From Candidatus Saccharimonadota bacterium (GTDB taxonomy: Bacteria; Bacteroidota; Bacteroidia; Cytophagales; Amoebophilaceae): a DNA stretch of 32,000 nt. Positions 18,896 to 27,797 of this stretch are shown here, piece after piece (position 1 is the first letter of the stretch; every line of letters begins with the position of its first letter). Location: positions 270,001 to 302,000 of the forward strand of contig NZ_OZ034918.1 in assembly GCF_964030745.1 (NCBI RefSeq), in the 5' to 3' direction. The position numbers were made by a program, and so were the translations under genes. The notes beneath the pieces are model-generated. The model searched no databases. It worked only from the letters and a program-made list of their open reading frames with translations, and was not told where the DNA came from.

Positions 18896-19654
18896 CTATA
18901 CAAAACGTTGTCGAAATACTTCGTAGAGCATGATACCAGCCGCCACAGAAACATTAAAAGAAGCAATAGGACCTTGCATAGGAATGCAAATATGATGGGT
19001 CGCTAACCTTAGATGCTTTGCAGCTATACCAGCCCCTTCTCCACCCAAAACAAGTGCAATAGGAAGCTTTAGGTCTACCTGGTATAGCAATTGTTCAGCT
19101 TGTACATGGCAAGCCAATACAGTCAACCCACTTTCTTGTAAATAGCGCAACGCCTTACTTAAATCAGCTACGCGGCAAATGGGCAATGTAGCTAATGCAC
19201 CTGCTGAAGTTTTCATAGCTGCACCAGCTAATGCAGCACTGCCTTGTGTAGGCAGTACCAATGCATCTACCCCCATACAAAGGGCAGTCCGGGCAATGGC
19301 CCCTATATTATGCACATCTGTTACGCCATCCAGTACCACTATTAAAGGAGCTTTCCCTTTTTCAAAGGCAGCTTGCACAACAAGATCTAAAGGTGTAAAA
19401 ACAATAGGTGATAAGACCGCTACGACACCTTGGTGACTACCACGCACCATGCGATCCAGCTTTGCAGCTGGCACATAACTAAAAGGAATTTGATGTTTGC
19501 GTACAAGATCATACAATCCGCCAACTATTTTAACTGTTTTTTGAAAAAAAACCTTTTCCACCGTTCGGCCGGCGCGTATGGTCTCTACAACTGCCCTATA
19601 CCCAAAGATATAGCTTAACGAAACAGTAGATACTTTTTGAGCAGAGGAAGCCAT
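18896..19654 (-). CDS. rlmB: SpoU/TrmH-family RNA 2'-O-methyltransferase (RlmB-like, 23S rRNA Gm2251)
   Basis: 252-aa ORF with an N-terminal substrate-binding-like region (IFGYRAVVETIRAG), SpoU motifs (LDGVTDVHNIGAIARTA, ALVLGGEGAGI, IPMQGPIASFNVSVAAGIMLYE) and a C-terminal knot. Confidence 0.85.
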   Translation of the reverse strand: MASSAQKVSTVSLSYIFGYRAVVETIRAGRTVEKVFFQKTVKIVGGLYDLVRKHQIPFSYVPAAKLDRMVRGSHQGVVAVLSPIVFTPLDLVVQAAFEKGKAPLIVVLDGVTDVHNIGAIARTALCMGVDALVLPTQGSAALAGAAMKTSAGALATLPICRVADLSKALRYLQESGLTVLACHVQAEQLLYQVDLKLPIALVLGGEGAGIAAKHLRLATHHICIPMQGPIASFNVSVAAGIMLYEVFRQRFV

Positions 19655-19694
19655 GCGGACAATAACTTTATGTAGAAAAGTAAAGAAGGGAAAG

Positions 19695-19767
<73 letters not shown>

Positions 19768-19866
19768 GTAAAGCCTTAACCATCAAATGGCCCATTCTTT
19801 ATATGACCACTTGAATTATTACAAATTTATATGTTTTTTTGTAACATTGCAAATATCTTAACACTT

Positions 19867-20772
19867 ATGCATGAACCTCAAAACGATTATAGGTCTGGTT
19901 TTGTAGCCATTATTGGCAAACCCAATGCTGGAAAATCTACTTTAATGAACCTATTGGTAGGTGAACAGCTGGCTATTACCCATTCAAAAGCGCAAACAAC
20001 ACGCCATAAACTCCATGGCATTGTATCTGGAAAAAACTTTCAAATCATTTATATAGATACACCGGGCATTATTACACCTGCTTATCCCTTACAAAGCGCT
20101 ATGATGGAAGCTGTAAAAGTTGCGCATGCAGATGCCGACCTCATCATCTGGCTCATAGATGTAAAAGACTTAGAGCAGCTTCCATCGTCTTATGCAAACC
20201 TCAGTAAAAAGCCAACCATACTGGTATTGAATAAAGTTGATTTAATCACAGCTAACCAGCTTAATGAAGTAGTGGCCTATTGGCTACATCATCACCCCGA
20301 TGCAACCGTTCTACCAATCTCAGCTCTAAAAAATGAAAACATCGATCAACTCATACAACAAATTATTCAACAGCTGCCCAAACATCCTGCTTACTACCCA
20401 GAAGCAACCCTAACAGACAAATCAGAACGTTTTTTTGTGCAGGAAATCATACGTGAAAAAATCTTAGGCCAATACCATCAAGAAATACCCTATAGTGTAG
20501 AAGTAGTCATAGACTACTTTAAGGAAACGGAACATCTGATTAAAATTGGGTCCATTATACATGTAGAACGCGCAACGCAAAAAGGGATTATAATCGGCCA
20601 AAGAGGCGATGCGCTAAAAAAACTAGGAATAGATGCCAGGGAAGCATTAGAAAAGTTTTTTCGAAAAAAAATCTTTCTTGCACAACATGTCAAAGTCACC
20701 CCAAACTGGCGTAAAAATGGCTTATTACTAACAAGATTTGGCTATCCAGCCATGCCTAAAAAGCAGCATTAG
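19867..20772 (+). CDS. era: GTPase Era
   Basis: ORF track 19831-20772; start moved to ATG 19867 (MHEPQNDYRSGFVAIIGKPNAGKSTL). G1-G4 motifs present (GKPNAGKS, DTPG, NKVD), with a C-terminal KH domain (..IIIGQRGDALKKLG..). Confidence 0.94.
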   Translation: MHEPQNDYRSGFVAIIGKPNAGKSTLMNLLVGEQLAITHSKAQTTRHKLHGIVSGKNFQIIYIDTPGIITPAYPLQSAMMEAVKVAHADADLIIWLIDVKDLEQLPSSYANLSKKPTILVLNKVDLITANQLNEVVAYWLHHHPDATVLPISALKNENIDQLIQQIIQQLPKHPAYYPEATLTDKSERFFVQEIIREKILGQYHQEIPYSVEVVIDYFKETEHLIKIGSIIHVERATQKGIIIGQRGDALKKLGIDAREALEKFFRKKIFLAQHVKVTPNWRKNGLLLTRFGYPAMPKKQH

Positions 20773-20828
20773 TATGTTCACGTCACTGGTTAATGGAGAT
20801 ATGGGGACCAACCACAGACCTGTAAGAT
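20771..20828. repeat. Miniature (~58 bp) copy consisting of little more than the two termini of the 12377-12875 element family
   Basis: AGTATGTTCACGTCACTGGTTAAT (exact 18-mer TTCACGTCACTGGTTAAT at 20777-20794) is followed by ATGGGGACCAACCACAGACCTGTAAGATAGGCTACT, a degenerate version of GGGGACCAGCCAGAGGCGTGAATAGATACT (31881-31910). It starts at the era stop codon. Confidence 0.6.
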
Positions 20829-20835
20829 AGGCTAC

Positions 20836-21090
20836 TCAAATCAATGGATCATACCCACTCCCGCCCCATGGATGGCAACGGAGCAGCCTGCGTAAGGTAC
20901 GCAAGCTACCTTTGCAAATGCCATATTTGGCAAAAGCAGCTTTTGCATAGCAAGAACAGCTGGGTTGAAAACGGCACATAGGAACCAATAAAGGCGCTAC
21001 GCAATGCTGATAAACCCCAATAAAAAAGCAACACAGTTGTCTAAGCAACTGGGGAAATAGTACCAACCATTTGTTGAAAAGTTGTTGCAT
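20836..21090 (-). CDS. yidD: Membrane protein insertion efficiency factor YidD
   Basis: 84-aa ORF with the YidD signature CRFQPSCSCYAKAAFAKYG..KG..L...RLLRCHPWGGSGYDP. Confidence 0.85.
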   Translation of the reverse strand: MQQLFNKWLVLFPQLLRQLCCFFIGVYQHCVAPLLVPMCRFQPSCSCYAKAAFAKYGICKGSLRTLRRLLRCHPWGGSGYDPLI

Positions 21091-21116
21091 AACGACAGAT
21101 TCAGATGTAGGCCAAG

Positions 21117-21146
21117 CAATAGGTTGCGAAAGAGGTCTAATTATCC
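21117..21146. repeat. Arm fragment of the core-A/P-arm element family
   Basis: CAATAGGTTGCGAAAGAGGTCTAATTATCC matches AAATAGGTTGCGAAAGCGGTCTAATAGCC (14270-14298) at ~27 of 30 positions. It contains the stop codon (21141-21143) of the upstream gene. Confidence 0.6.
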
Positions 21147-21809
21147 AGCAGTATGAATAAAGGTAAAGACCTTTTTCCCCTCTTTAACATAGCTGTTATG
21201 CGCCCTTACAGCTTCTCCAGATCTGAGGATTGTATAATCTTGAACTGCCCCCTTTTCTTTTTTATCCCTTAAAGCTTTTTTAAGAGATTCACTAACACCT
21301 AGGTTACCCTCTATTCCTGTAGCAATAATCAAGATTGCATCTTTACAATCGATAGGATCTACCGCCAACCACTCTTCTAAAAAAGATAAGGGTATGCCCC
21401 CTTTTTTATCATCAAAATTCCTATATTTCATGCCATCCCTCATGGTTTTCGGAAACACTTCCTCTGTCACGCTGCCATAAAAATTAGGTGTTAATACCAG
21501 GTAAGCTACCCCTGGCTTCATCTGTACAATATTATTTTTTTCACCTTTTAAATCAAAATCATCTGGATTAAAACATTTTTGCTGATCTGTAACATGAAAA
21601 CGTAAAACCCCTAAACCACATTTTGTAATGAGACACTTATCTTTATCCAAGTTCTCCTCCGAATCATTAAGCACATGCCAGCCTGGATGAAAAGTACTGG
21701 GTTGTTCTTTTGCAGATTCAGAAGGGCAAGATCCCCCCAACAAGCACAATGGAAAAACAGCCATTAAAGCCTTCACCAAGGATGATAATAAGGATGTAGA
21801 ATAGCGCAT
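21141..21809 (-). CDS. Hypothetical lipoprotein with C-terminal Mth938/AAMDC-like domain
   Basis: ORF track 21141-21899; probable start at ATG 21807-21809, giving MRYSTSLLSSLVKALMAVFPLCLLGGSC (lipobox-like). The C-terminus ILIIATGIEGNLGVSESLKKALRDKKEKGAVQDYTILRSGEAVRAHNSYVKEGKKVFTFIHTAG resembles the Mth938-domain pattern (LVIG.G....L.V.......L...G..V.VL.T..A...YN.L...G..V...FH) as I recall it. Confidence 0.4.
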   Translation of the reverse strand: MRYSTSLLSSLVKALMAVFPLCLLGGSCPSESAKEQPSTFHPGWHVLNDSEENLDKDKCLITKCGLGVLRFHVTDQQKCFNPDDFDLKGEKNNIVQMKPGVAYLVLTPNFYGSVTEEVFPKTMRDGMKYRNFDDKKGGIPLSFLEEWLAVDPIDCKDAILIIATGIEGNLGVSESLKKALRDKKEKGAVQDYTILRSGEAVRAHNSYVKEGKKVFTFIHTAG

Positions 21810-22014
21810 AAACAAAATTGCAATAGATAACGGTAAAAAAAAATGCAGTGCTAATCTAAAAAAAATAAGTCGAATAGAAAAATGATTGGTCACAATCATT
21901 TAAGTCCAAAAATAAAACAAAAGCCCCTGGTTTTTTAGAAAAAAAGACGTAGTATTGTGGAGTACCATTCACCTTATCGTTAGAATTGTCTTGTAGCGGT
22001 AGGTTTCCTAAAAA

Positions 22015-22088
22015 GGGCCCATAGCTCAGTCGGTTAGAGCATCTGACTCATAATCAGCAGGTCCCAGGTTCAAGTCCTGGTGGGCCCA
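22015..22088 (+). tRNA. tRNA with CAT anticodon, probably tRNA-Ile2 (lysidine) rather than elongator tRNA-Met
   Basis: GGGCCCATAGCTCAGTCGGTTAGAGCATCTGACTCATAATCAGCAGGTCCCAGGTTCAAGTCCTGGTGGGCCCA. The C4:G69 and C5:G68 acceptor pairs and the loop CTCATAA resemble E. coli ileX (TilS determinants). The assignment is inference. Confidence 0.88.
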
Positions 22089-22133
22089 CATCAGTTTATC
22101 TTAATAGCCATCTTCTCTTTTTTTGGTCCCCAT

Positions 22134-22973
22134 ATGTACAAACATGCTCCGATTGCCATTTATGACAGTGGTATAGGTGGCTTGGCCATTACTAAGGTCA
22201 TTAAAGCACTTTTACCAGAAGAGACAGTTCACTATATTGGAGATACCAAACATTTGCCTTATGGTGAAAAAAACGAAATGGAATTATCTGGTTATGTGAC
22301 CAAAGTAGCAAATTTTTGCTTAAGTAAAGGGTATAAACTACTGGTGATCGCCTGTAACACTGCCACTGCTGCTGCAGCTCATTTTTTACCATCCTATCTT
22401 AAGGCCATGGGCACAGAAATTGGGATCATCAATGTGATTGATCCAGTAATCGCACATATCCATGCAGCCAACTGTTATAAGCAGATCGCCTTGATCGGCA
22501 CAAACTATACAGTAGCCTCTGGCATCTATACAGAACGATTGCGCACAACAGGCATCACACTTACGACACTAGCCACTCCTCTGCTGGTTCCTATGGTAGA
22601 AGCTTGTTTCAATGGCAGCAAAATAAATCGTTCTTTACTAGACCATTATTTAAATCAAATCGCTGTCCCCCATTTAGATGCACTCATCCCAGCTTGCACA
22701 CATTATCTATTTTTAAAAATAGCGTTAAAAAATTTTTTAAAGAAACGCTATGCAAAAGAGATTAAGGTGATAGACGCAGCAAAACTCACCGCACTAGCGG
22801 TCAAACAATGGCTCACCACACACAATCTTTTAAACCAGAAAGCAAGCAAGCCACGCGATTGTTTTATGGCAACTGCATTAACACCATCTTTTATCAATGC
22901 CTGTAAACAATTATTTGGGAAAACGCCTATAGCCATTAACCTAAATGGAGTAGATCTGTCATTAAGCATATAA
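22134..22973 (+). CDS. murI: Glutamate racemase
   Basis: ORF track 22080-22973, but its first 9 nt overlap the tRNA. Start moved to ATG 22134 (MYKHAPIAIYDSGIGGL..). Catalytic-Cys motifs are present: VIACNTA and IPACTHY. Confidence 0.93.
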   Translation: MYKHAPIAIYDSGIGGLAITKVIKALLPEETVHYIGDTKHLPYGEKNEMELSGYVTKVANFCLSKGYKLLVIACNTATAAAAHFLPSYLKAMGTEIGIINVIDPVIAHIHAANCYKQIALIGTNYTVASGIYTERLRTTGITLTTLATPLLVPMVEACFNGSKINRSLLDHYLNQIAVPHLDALIPACTHYLFLKIALKNFLKKRYAKEIKVIDAAKLTALAVKQWLTTHNLLNQKASKPRDCFMATALTPSFINACKQLFGKTPIAINLNGVDLSLSI

Positions 22974-23114
22974 TTTCCTTATAATTGGAAAATATTTTGT
23001 GTTTATTTTACCGAAGTGGTAAAGATATAAATAGTATTTGGATGTGTTGGTGGAATCTAAGCGCAGCACAATCCAGCAGTATAACCAGCTGTAACAATTT
23101 TATAATACAATCAA

Positions 23115-24356
23115 ATGTTTCAATCTAATATTACACTCTACATAACTATTTTTTTTTTCTCTATTATTGGTTGTAAGCGTGGTTGTCAAAGGCTCAGCGA
23201 AGCCCCTAAGCATGCTTCAGTTGCCAAGCAAGCTAGCATGGAACCAGCCGTATTTGTCTTATTCCATGGGCTAGGGTCAGAAGCCTCCTGTTTTAAGCAC
23301 CTGGCAGCACAACTTAAGCAAGCTTTCCCTGATGCTTCTGTAGTTGCTTTGAAAAGTGTAGAAAGAGAGCAGACTGCCCTGCTCAGCATAACAGAGCAGG
23401 CCAACGAGAGCTGGAAGGAACTTATAACAAGCGTATCTGATCTAGAGAGCAGGCCGATTATACTAATCGGCCATAGCCAAGGTGGCCTGCGTGCTTATAA
23501 AATGTTTGAGAGATATAAAGAGGAATATGGAGATACATTACCAAACCCAATAGGGATTGTTACAATAGCTACGCCATGGGAAGGAGCAGATGTTCTTAAC
23601 AAAGTTCAAGAATTAGCTCCACCATTTTTCGAAGCACCTGTTTTAGATGATATGCGCAAATTTTCGACTAGCCTTGGTCAGGATTCTGATTGGGCTGAAA
23701 AATATTTTGAATCTACCCTGGAGAAATACCAAGTTGCGGCGTTCAGTGATGGATGTAAAGATTTAACCCCAGGGAGTGATTTTTTAGGCTGGGTTAAAAA
23801 TACCCTTCCTAATGCAAAAATTCCCATACTAGCTATAGGAGGAGAACAAAGTGATTTTAGAATTTTTCTACCTCAAAAAAGCAAAGATAATTTTAAAGCA
23901 TTACGTAAAGCATGGACTGAGTTGATAACGGGAAAAACGCATCATAGCAACAAAAAAGAAAAAAAACATGATATGGTCGTTCGCCTTAGTAGTCAACTGG
24001 CATGGAATATCCCTCTTGACAGGAATAGCAACTTCACAGAAGTTTCTATTCCAGATGCGCTCCATGATGAAATTTTACCATTACCCCCTATATCACAGTC
24101 TAAAAATATACTCGTGCATCCGGTTATGATCCAAGAGGTTATAGCATTCTCTAACCAAGTATTATACGGAACGTCTAACCAAGCAACGAATAAACGAAAA
24201 AGAGCGGAAGAGATAGGTGACAAGCCACTAAAACAAAAAGATAGCGCAGGGTGCATGATTATGCACCCTGATTGGGAACCAACCAGCTATATCCCTATAG
24301 TGCAGCCCAAGCCTGGCGTACGCATTGTACCAGAGAGCGAATATGTGCTCTACTAA
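23115..24356 (+). CDS. Secreted/lipoprotein alpha/beta-hydrolase, family-I-lipase-like (GHSQGG nucleophile elbow) with basic C-terminal extension
   Basis: 413-aa ORF. The signal MFQSNITLYITIFFFSIIGC has a lipobox-like IIGC. IILIGHSQGGLRAY...IVTIATPWEGADV resembles Pseudomonas/Burkholderia lipase (GHSQGGL..RY....V.TIGTPH.GS..AD). The putative triad is S121, D286 (KHDMVVRLSS) and H317 (ALHDEI). The tail has NKRKRAEE. Confidence 0.7.
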   Translation: MFQSNITLYITIFFFSIIGCKRGCQRLSEAPKHASVAKQASMEPAVFVLFHGLGSEASCFKHLAAQLKQAFPDASVVALKSVEREQTALLSITEQANESWKELITSVSDLESRPIILIGHSQGGLRAYKMFERYKEEYGDTLPNPIGIVTIATPWEGADVLNKVQELAPPFFEAPVLDDMRKFSTSLGQDSDWAEKYFESTLEKYQVAAFSDGCKDLTPGSDFLGWVKNTLPNAKIPILAIGGEQSDFRIFLPQKSKDNFKALRKAWTELITGKTHHSNKKEKKHDMVVRLSSQLAWNIPLDRNSNFTEVSIPDALHDEILPLPPISQSKNILVHPVMIQEVIAFSNQVLYGTSNQATNKRKRAEEIGDKPLKQKDSAGCMIMHPDWEPTSYIPIVQPKPGVRIVPESEYVLY

Positions 24357-26001
24357 AATCAAAAGCAACACCAGCAGTTTGGTAAACCTTACGCATAGAA
24401 GCTGTATGCCCTAGCTTTAATGCATTTAAGTAGTCCTGCAATGCTTGTTTAGGATTTTCCAACGCATTTTTCCACACGCCAATGGCGCCAAGCTGCGCAA
24501 TAGCATATTCGATATAGTAGAAAGGCACTTCAAAAAGATGGAGTTGTTTTTGCCATAAATGGTTTTTAACCAATTCATAATCAGTCCAATCGGTTATGCT
24601 GTCTGAAAAACTGCTAAAGATACGGTTCCAGTTTGCTGCCCGCTCTTCTAAGGTATGATCAGGATTTTCATAAACCCAATGCTGAAAGGCATCAATAGTA
24701 GCCATCCATGGCAAACAACTGATCACATGAATCAAATGATCTTTTTTGGCACGATTGAGCTCCTCTTGATTGGCAAAGAAAAGATCCCAATGGGGCATCG
24801 TAAGCAACTCCATAGACATAGAAGCCAGTTCTGCAATCTCTGATGGACAATGTTTAAAAGCATTTAGGCGCAAGCCATGCACTAAAAAAGAATGAACGGC
24901 ATGGCCTCCTTCATGCAGCATGGTCAGTAGATCACCTAACGTAGCAGCGGCATTCATAAAAATGAAAGGAACCCCTGTCTCATCCAAAGGATAATTATAC
25001 CCACCAGGTGCTTTTCCCTTACGGGAGGCCAAATCCAAATGGCCCATCTGTTCCATGGTACGCAAACAATCTGCCAAAAAAGGATCCAACCGATCAAATA
25101 CCTTAATGGTTTTAGCAATCAACTCTGTTGGATCTCTAAAGGGTCGCAATGGCTTTCTGCCCTGTAGATCTACTGCGTGATCAAATGGTTGCAATCTAAC
25201 CAATCCCAGTTGCTTTTTACGATCTGCTGCCAACTCATTGAGGAGCGGTACAATTTCTTCTCGAATGGCTGTATGAAAGGTAAAACAATCCGCCGGAGTA
25301 TAATCAAACCGATTCATAGAGACAAAAGCATAGTCTCTAAAATTCTTAAAGCCAGCATTCAATGCCAATTGATGACGTTGCTGAATCAGGCTGGAGTAGA
25401 GTCCATTTAGTGCATCTTTATCTTGCAACCTGCGTTGCTGTACCTTATCATACACCTCTTTGCGAAAAACCCTATCGGTAGATTCTAAATGGGCTGCAGC
25501 TTGTTGCAAGGTACATTCTTTTCCACCTATCTCTACCACCATTGCAGCTGAAATTACACCAAATTTACTCGTATTCAACTGAATTTCAGTTTGAATAGGT
25601 ATATTTTCTGTCCTGTAACAACGCAATTGATTTTCAATCTTGCGAAAAAAGATATCATATTGCGCTTCCTTACGCAAGGTATGGACCTCTTTTGCGGCTA
25701 AAACTTTTTGATGCAATTGATCTGTAACTGCTGCTACATGAGGCGCTATGTCGGTAATATAGTACTCATAACGATTTTTAGCCGCTACATCAACAGTATC
25801 ACAAGAAGTGTGAATATAACGCCATCCAGCATCTTCTTCTAATACCCCCTCTAGTTCACTCCAGTCGGCTAAAAACCGTATTAAATCCTCCAATGAGGCA
25901 AGATCTCTATCCAGTAGATTGCTATAAAAAGGTTGAATGGAAGCCCAGTCTGTTACAGTATAATCTACTGGCAAAAAAGTACGCATATATTTTTGAATCA
26001 T
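24295..26001 (-). CDS. pepF: Oligoendopeptidase F-like M3 family metallopeptidase
   Basis: 568-aa ORF with an HEGGH zinc motif (TMLHEGGHAVH) followed downstream by a Glu (IAELASMSME). Size and layout are typical of M3B peptidases. Confidence 0.88.
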   Translation of the reverse strand: MIQKYMRTFLPVDYTVTDWASIQPFYSNLLDRDLASLEDLIRFLADWSELEGVLEEDAGWRYIHTSCDTVDVAAKNRYEYYITDIAPHVAAVTDQLHQKVLAAKEVHTLRKEAQYDIFFRKIENQLRCYRTENIPIQTEIQLNTSKFGVISAAMVVEIGGKECTLQQAAAHLESTDRVFRKEVYDKVQQRRLQDKDALNGLYSSLIQQRHQLALNAGFKNFRDYAFVSMNRFDYTPADCFTFHTAIREEIVPLLNELAADRKKQLGLVRLQPFDHAVDLQGRKPLRPFRDPTELIAKTIKVFDRLDPFLADCLRTMEQMGHLDLASRKGKAPGGYNYPLDETGVPFIFMNAAATLGDLLTMLHEGGHAVHSFLVHGLRLNAFKHCPSEIAELASMSMELLTMPHWDLFFANQEELNRAKKDHLIHVISCLPWMATIDAFQHWVYENPDHTLEERAANWNRIFSSFSDSITDWTDYELVKNHLWQKQLHLFEVPFYYIEYAIAQLGAIGVWKNALENPKQALQDYLNALKLGHTASMRKVYQTAGVAFDFSRAHIRSLVQCVRQAWAAL

Positions 26002-26146
26002 GTTAATATATTTTGCATCTAGAATATTTTAGGATAATAAACACCCCATTTGACTTGCTTATTATTTAATACCATACTATTTTATAGGTAGGTTATACTA
26101 AAATAGTAAAAGTAATTACACGAACCCATATAGTTACATATAATTC

Positions 26147-27478
26147 ATGGACACAGTCTCCTACCTAACTAACAATAATAAATGCTGTCATATGCTGTAT
26201 AGCATACTGCTAACTTTTATCTTTTCATGTAACCAGCCAAGTTTCGTATATCGTATGCTTCCTAAGATGGAAACCACCTCTAAATCTACACAAAAACAAA
26301 TTAATTCTATAAGAAGGTTCGCAAAACCTATAGGAGAAACATATTCATTACATACAGCAGTATGTAAAACTGCAGTGAAGTGGGTTTTGGCAATACTAGC
26401 ACAAGACAACCTGGCGCATGAAGGCAAAAAAGATGACCCTGACATGCAAGTTAACCGACGAGATAAACACGGTTATCTGCCCATTCATTGGGCGGTGAGC
26501 AAAAATTTCTCATCCACAACTGACAAAAAAGTCAAGGATAATATAAGCATATTGAAATTACTGTTACAGTATCCTAATAGCAACCAAGCATGTAGAGATG
26601 GTAAGACTGTCCTGCATTGGGCAGTATGGAGTAGGCACCTAAAAGCTGCAAGTATAATATTAAAATATTTTAAAAATTATAGAAAAAAATTCCTATACTT
26701 TCTCCAACAAAAAGATAACGATAGTTTTACAGCGCTGCATTATGCAGTGGATAGGGATGAAAAAGGGAACTATACTGAAACAGATCTTAAAATATTGCAG
26801 ACACTATTGGAGTATAGTGGTGTACATATCGACACACAAGACAATAACGGCATGACTATTCTGCATTGGGCAGTAGCCAATAATAATCTAGAGGCTGTAA
26901 AAGCAATATTGAAGCATGCTAAAGCAACAATGCCATATGAAGATTATAAGGAGTTTGTACAAAAAAAAACTTTTATCAACCAACAACCCAAGGAAGGAAG
27001 TTGCCCTGCCATATATTGGGCCATAAGTACAGGATATGAAGAAGAAGAAGAAGAAGAAGATATACAAGTTTTTCGTACAACGAGTTTAAAAATATTCAAT
27101 TTACTACTGCATACAGTGCCAATACATGATGCATACGGCATTAACTACCAAGATCACCAGGGGTATACCATGGCACACTGGGCAGTTGTGCAAGGTCGTG
27201 ATGATATATTGCAGGTACTCATTAAACATAACGCTGATCTCAGTTTAAAGGATAACAAAGGGTATACAATTTCGAAGACACTGACGCAAGCAATAGCTGC
27301 AGCCTATAACCAAAAAAAATGGCGTCTCATAGAGCATCTTACTAAGAGGGATGATAGTATACTCAATCAGTTATCAAGTTTAGCATCATCAAAGAAAGGG
27401 GAGCAAAGTAATAAAAGACCTAGTTCAGAAAAAGAACGTCCTTTTAAGAAAAGGTTACATCTAGAACAATTTGAATAA
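26147..27478 (+). CDS. Ankyrin-repeat protein (eukaryote-like, candidate host-interaction factor)
   Basis: 443-aa ORF. The alternative start at 26192 gives [13 protein letters not shown], a lipobox-like N-terminus. At least 6 ANK-like units are visible (G.LPIHWAV.., [90 protein letters not shown]). There is an E7 tract and a basic C-terminal tail. Confidence 0.85.
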   Translation: MDTVSYLTNNNKCCHMLYSILLTFIFSCNQPSFVYRMLPKMETTSKSTQKQINSIRRFAKPIGETYSLHTAVCKTAVKWVLAILAQDNLAHEGKKDDPDMQVNRRDKHGYLPIHWAVSKNFSSTTDKKVKDNISILKLLLQYPNSNQACRDGKTVLHWAVWSRHLKAASIILKYFKNYRKKFLYFLQQKDNDSFTALHYAVDRDEKGNYTETDLKILQTLLEYSGVHIDTQDNNGMTILHWAVANNNLEAVKAILKHAKATMPYEDYKEFVQKKTFINQQPKEGSCPAIYWAISTGYEEEEEEEDIQVFRTTSLKIFNLLLHTVPIHDAYGINYQDHQGYTMAHWAVVQGRDDILQVLIKHNADLSLKDNKGYTISKTLTQAIAAAYNQKKWRLIEHLTKRDDSILNQLSSLASSKKGEQSNKRPSSEKERPFKKRLHLEQFE

Positions 27479-27500
27479 TCCTTTCGTTACCCTATATTTG
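27470..27500 (+). promoter_or_regulatory. Bacteroidota-type sigma-A promoter for rpmB-rpmG-(DUF4295-ftsY)
   Basis: TTTG-AATAATCCTTTCGTTACCC-TATATTTG is an exact TTTG-N19-TAnnTTTG match ending 26 nt upstream of the rpmB ATG. Confidence 0.5.
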
Positions 27501-27525
27501 TAAGTATTTTAAACCGTATAGAAGA

Positions 27526-27783
27526 ATGGCAAGAATTTGTGATATAACGGGCAAAAAGCCCATTGTAGGGAACAATGTATCCCATGCAAATAACAAAACC
27601 AAAAGATGGTTTTATCCAAATTTGCAAAAGAAACGTTTTTATATTCCAGAAGAGGATATTTGGATTCCATTGAAGGTTTGTACTTCTATTATTCGAACGA
27701 TCAATAAGAAAGGGATTCATTCGGTGTTAAAAGAGGCCAAACAAAAAGGAACATTGTCCAAGAAATATCAATGGTTGGTCTAA
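27526..27783 (+). CDS. rpmB: 50S ribosomal protein L28
   Basis: 85-aa ORF beginning [34 protein letters not shown], a canonical L28 N-terminus. Confidence 0.95.
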   Translation: MARICDITGKKPIVGNNVSHANNKTKRWFYPNLQKKRFYIPEEDIWIPLKVCTSIIRTINKKGIHSVLKEAKQKGTLSKKYQWLV

Positions 27784-27797
27784 ATGGTAATCACTAG

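Noticed and set aside
19831-19866. Longer starts for era (19831), murI (22080) and the Mth938-like ORF (21899).
   Set aside because: The extensions are hydrophobic junk, overlap a tRNA (murI) or precede the conserved N-terminal motifs. Internal ATGs give canonical N-termini.
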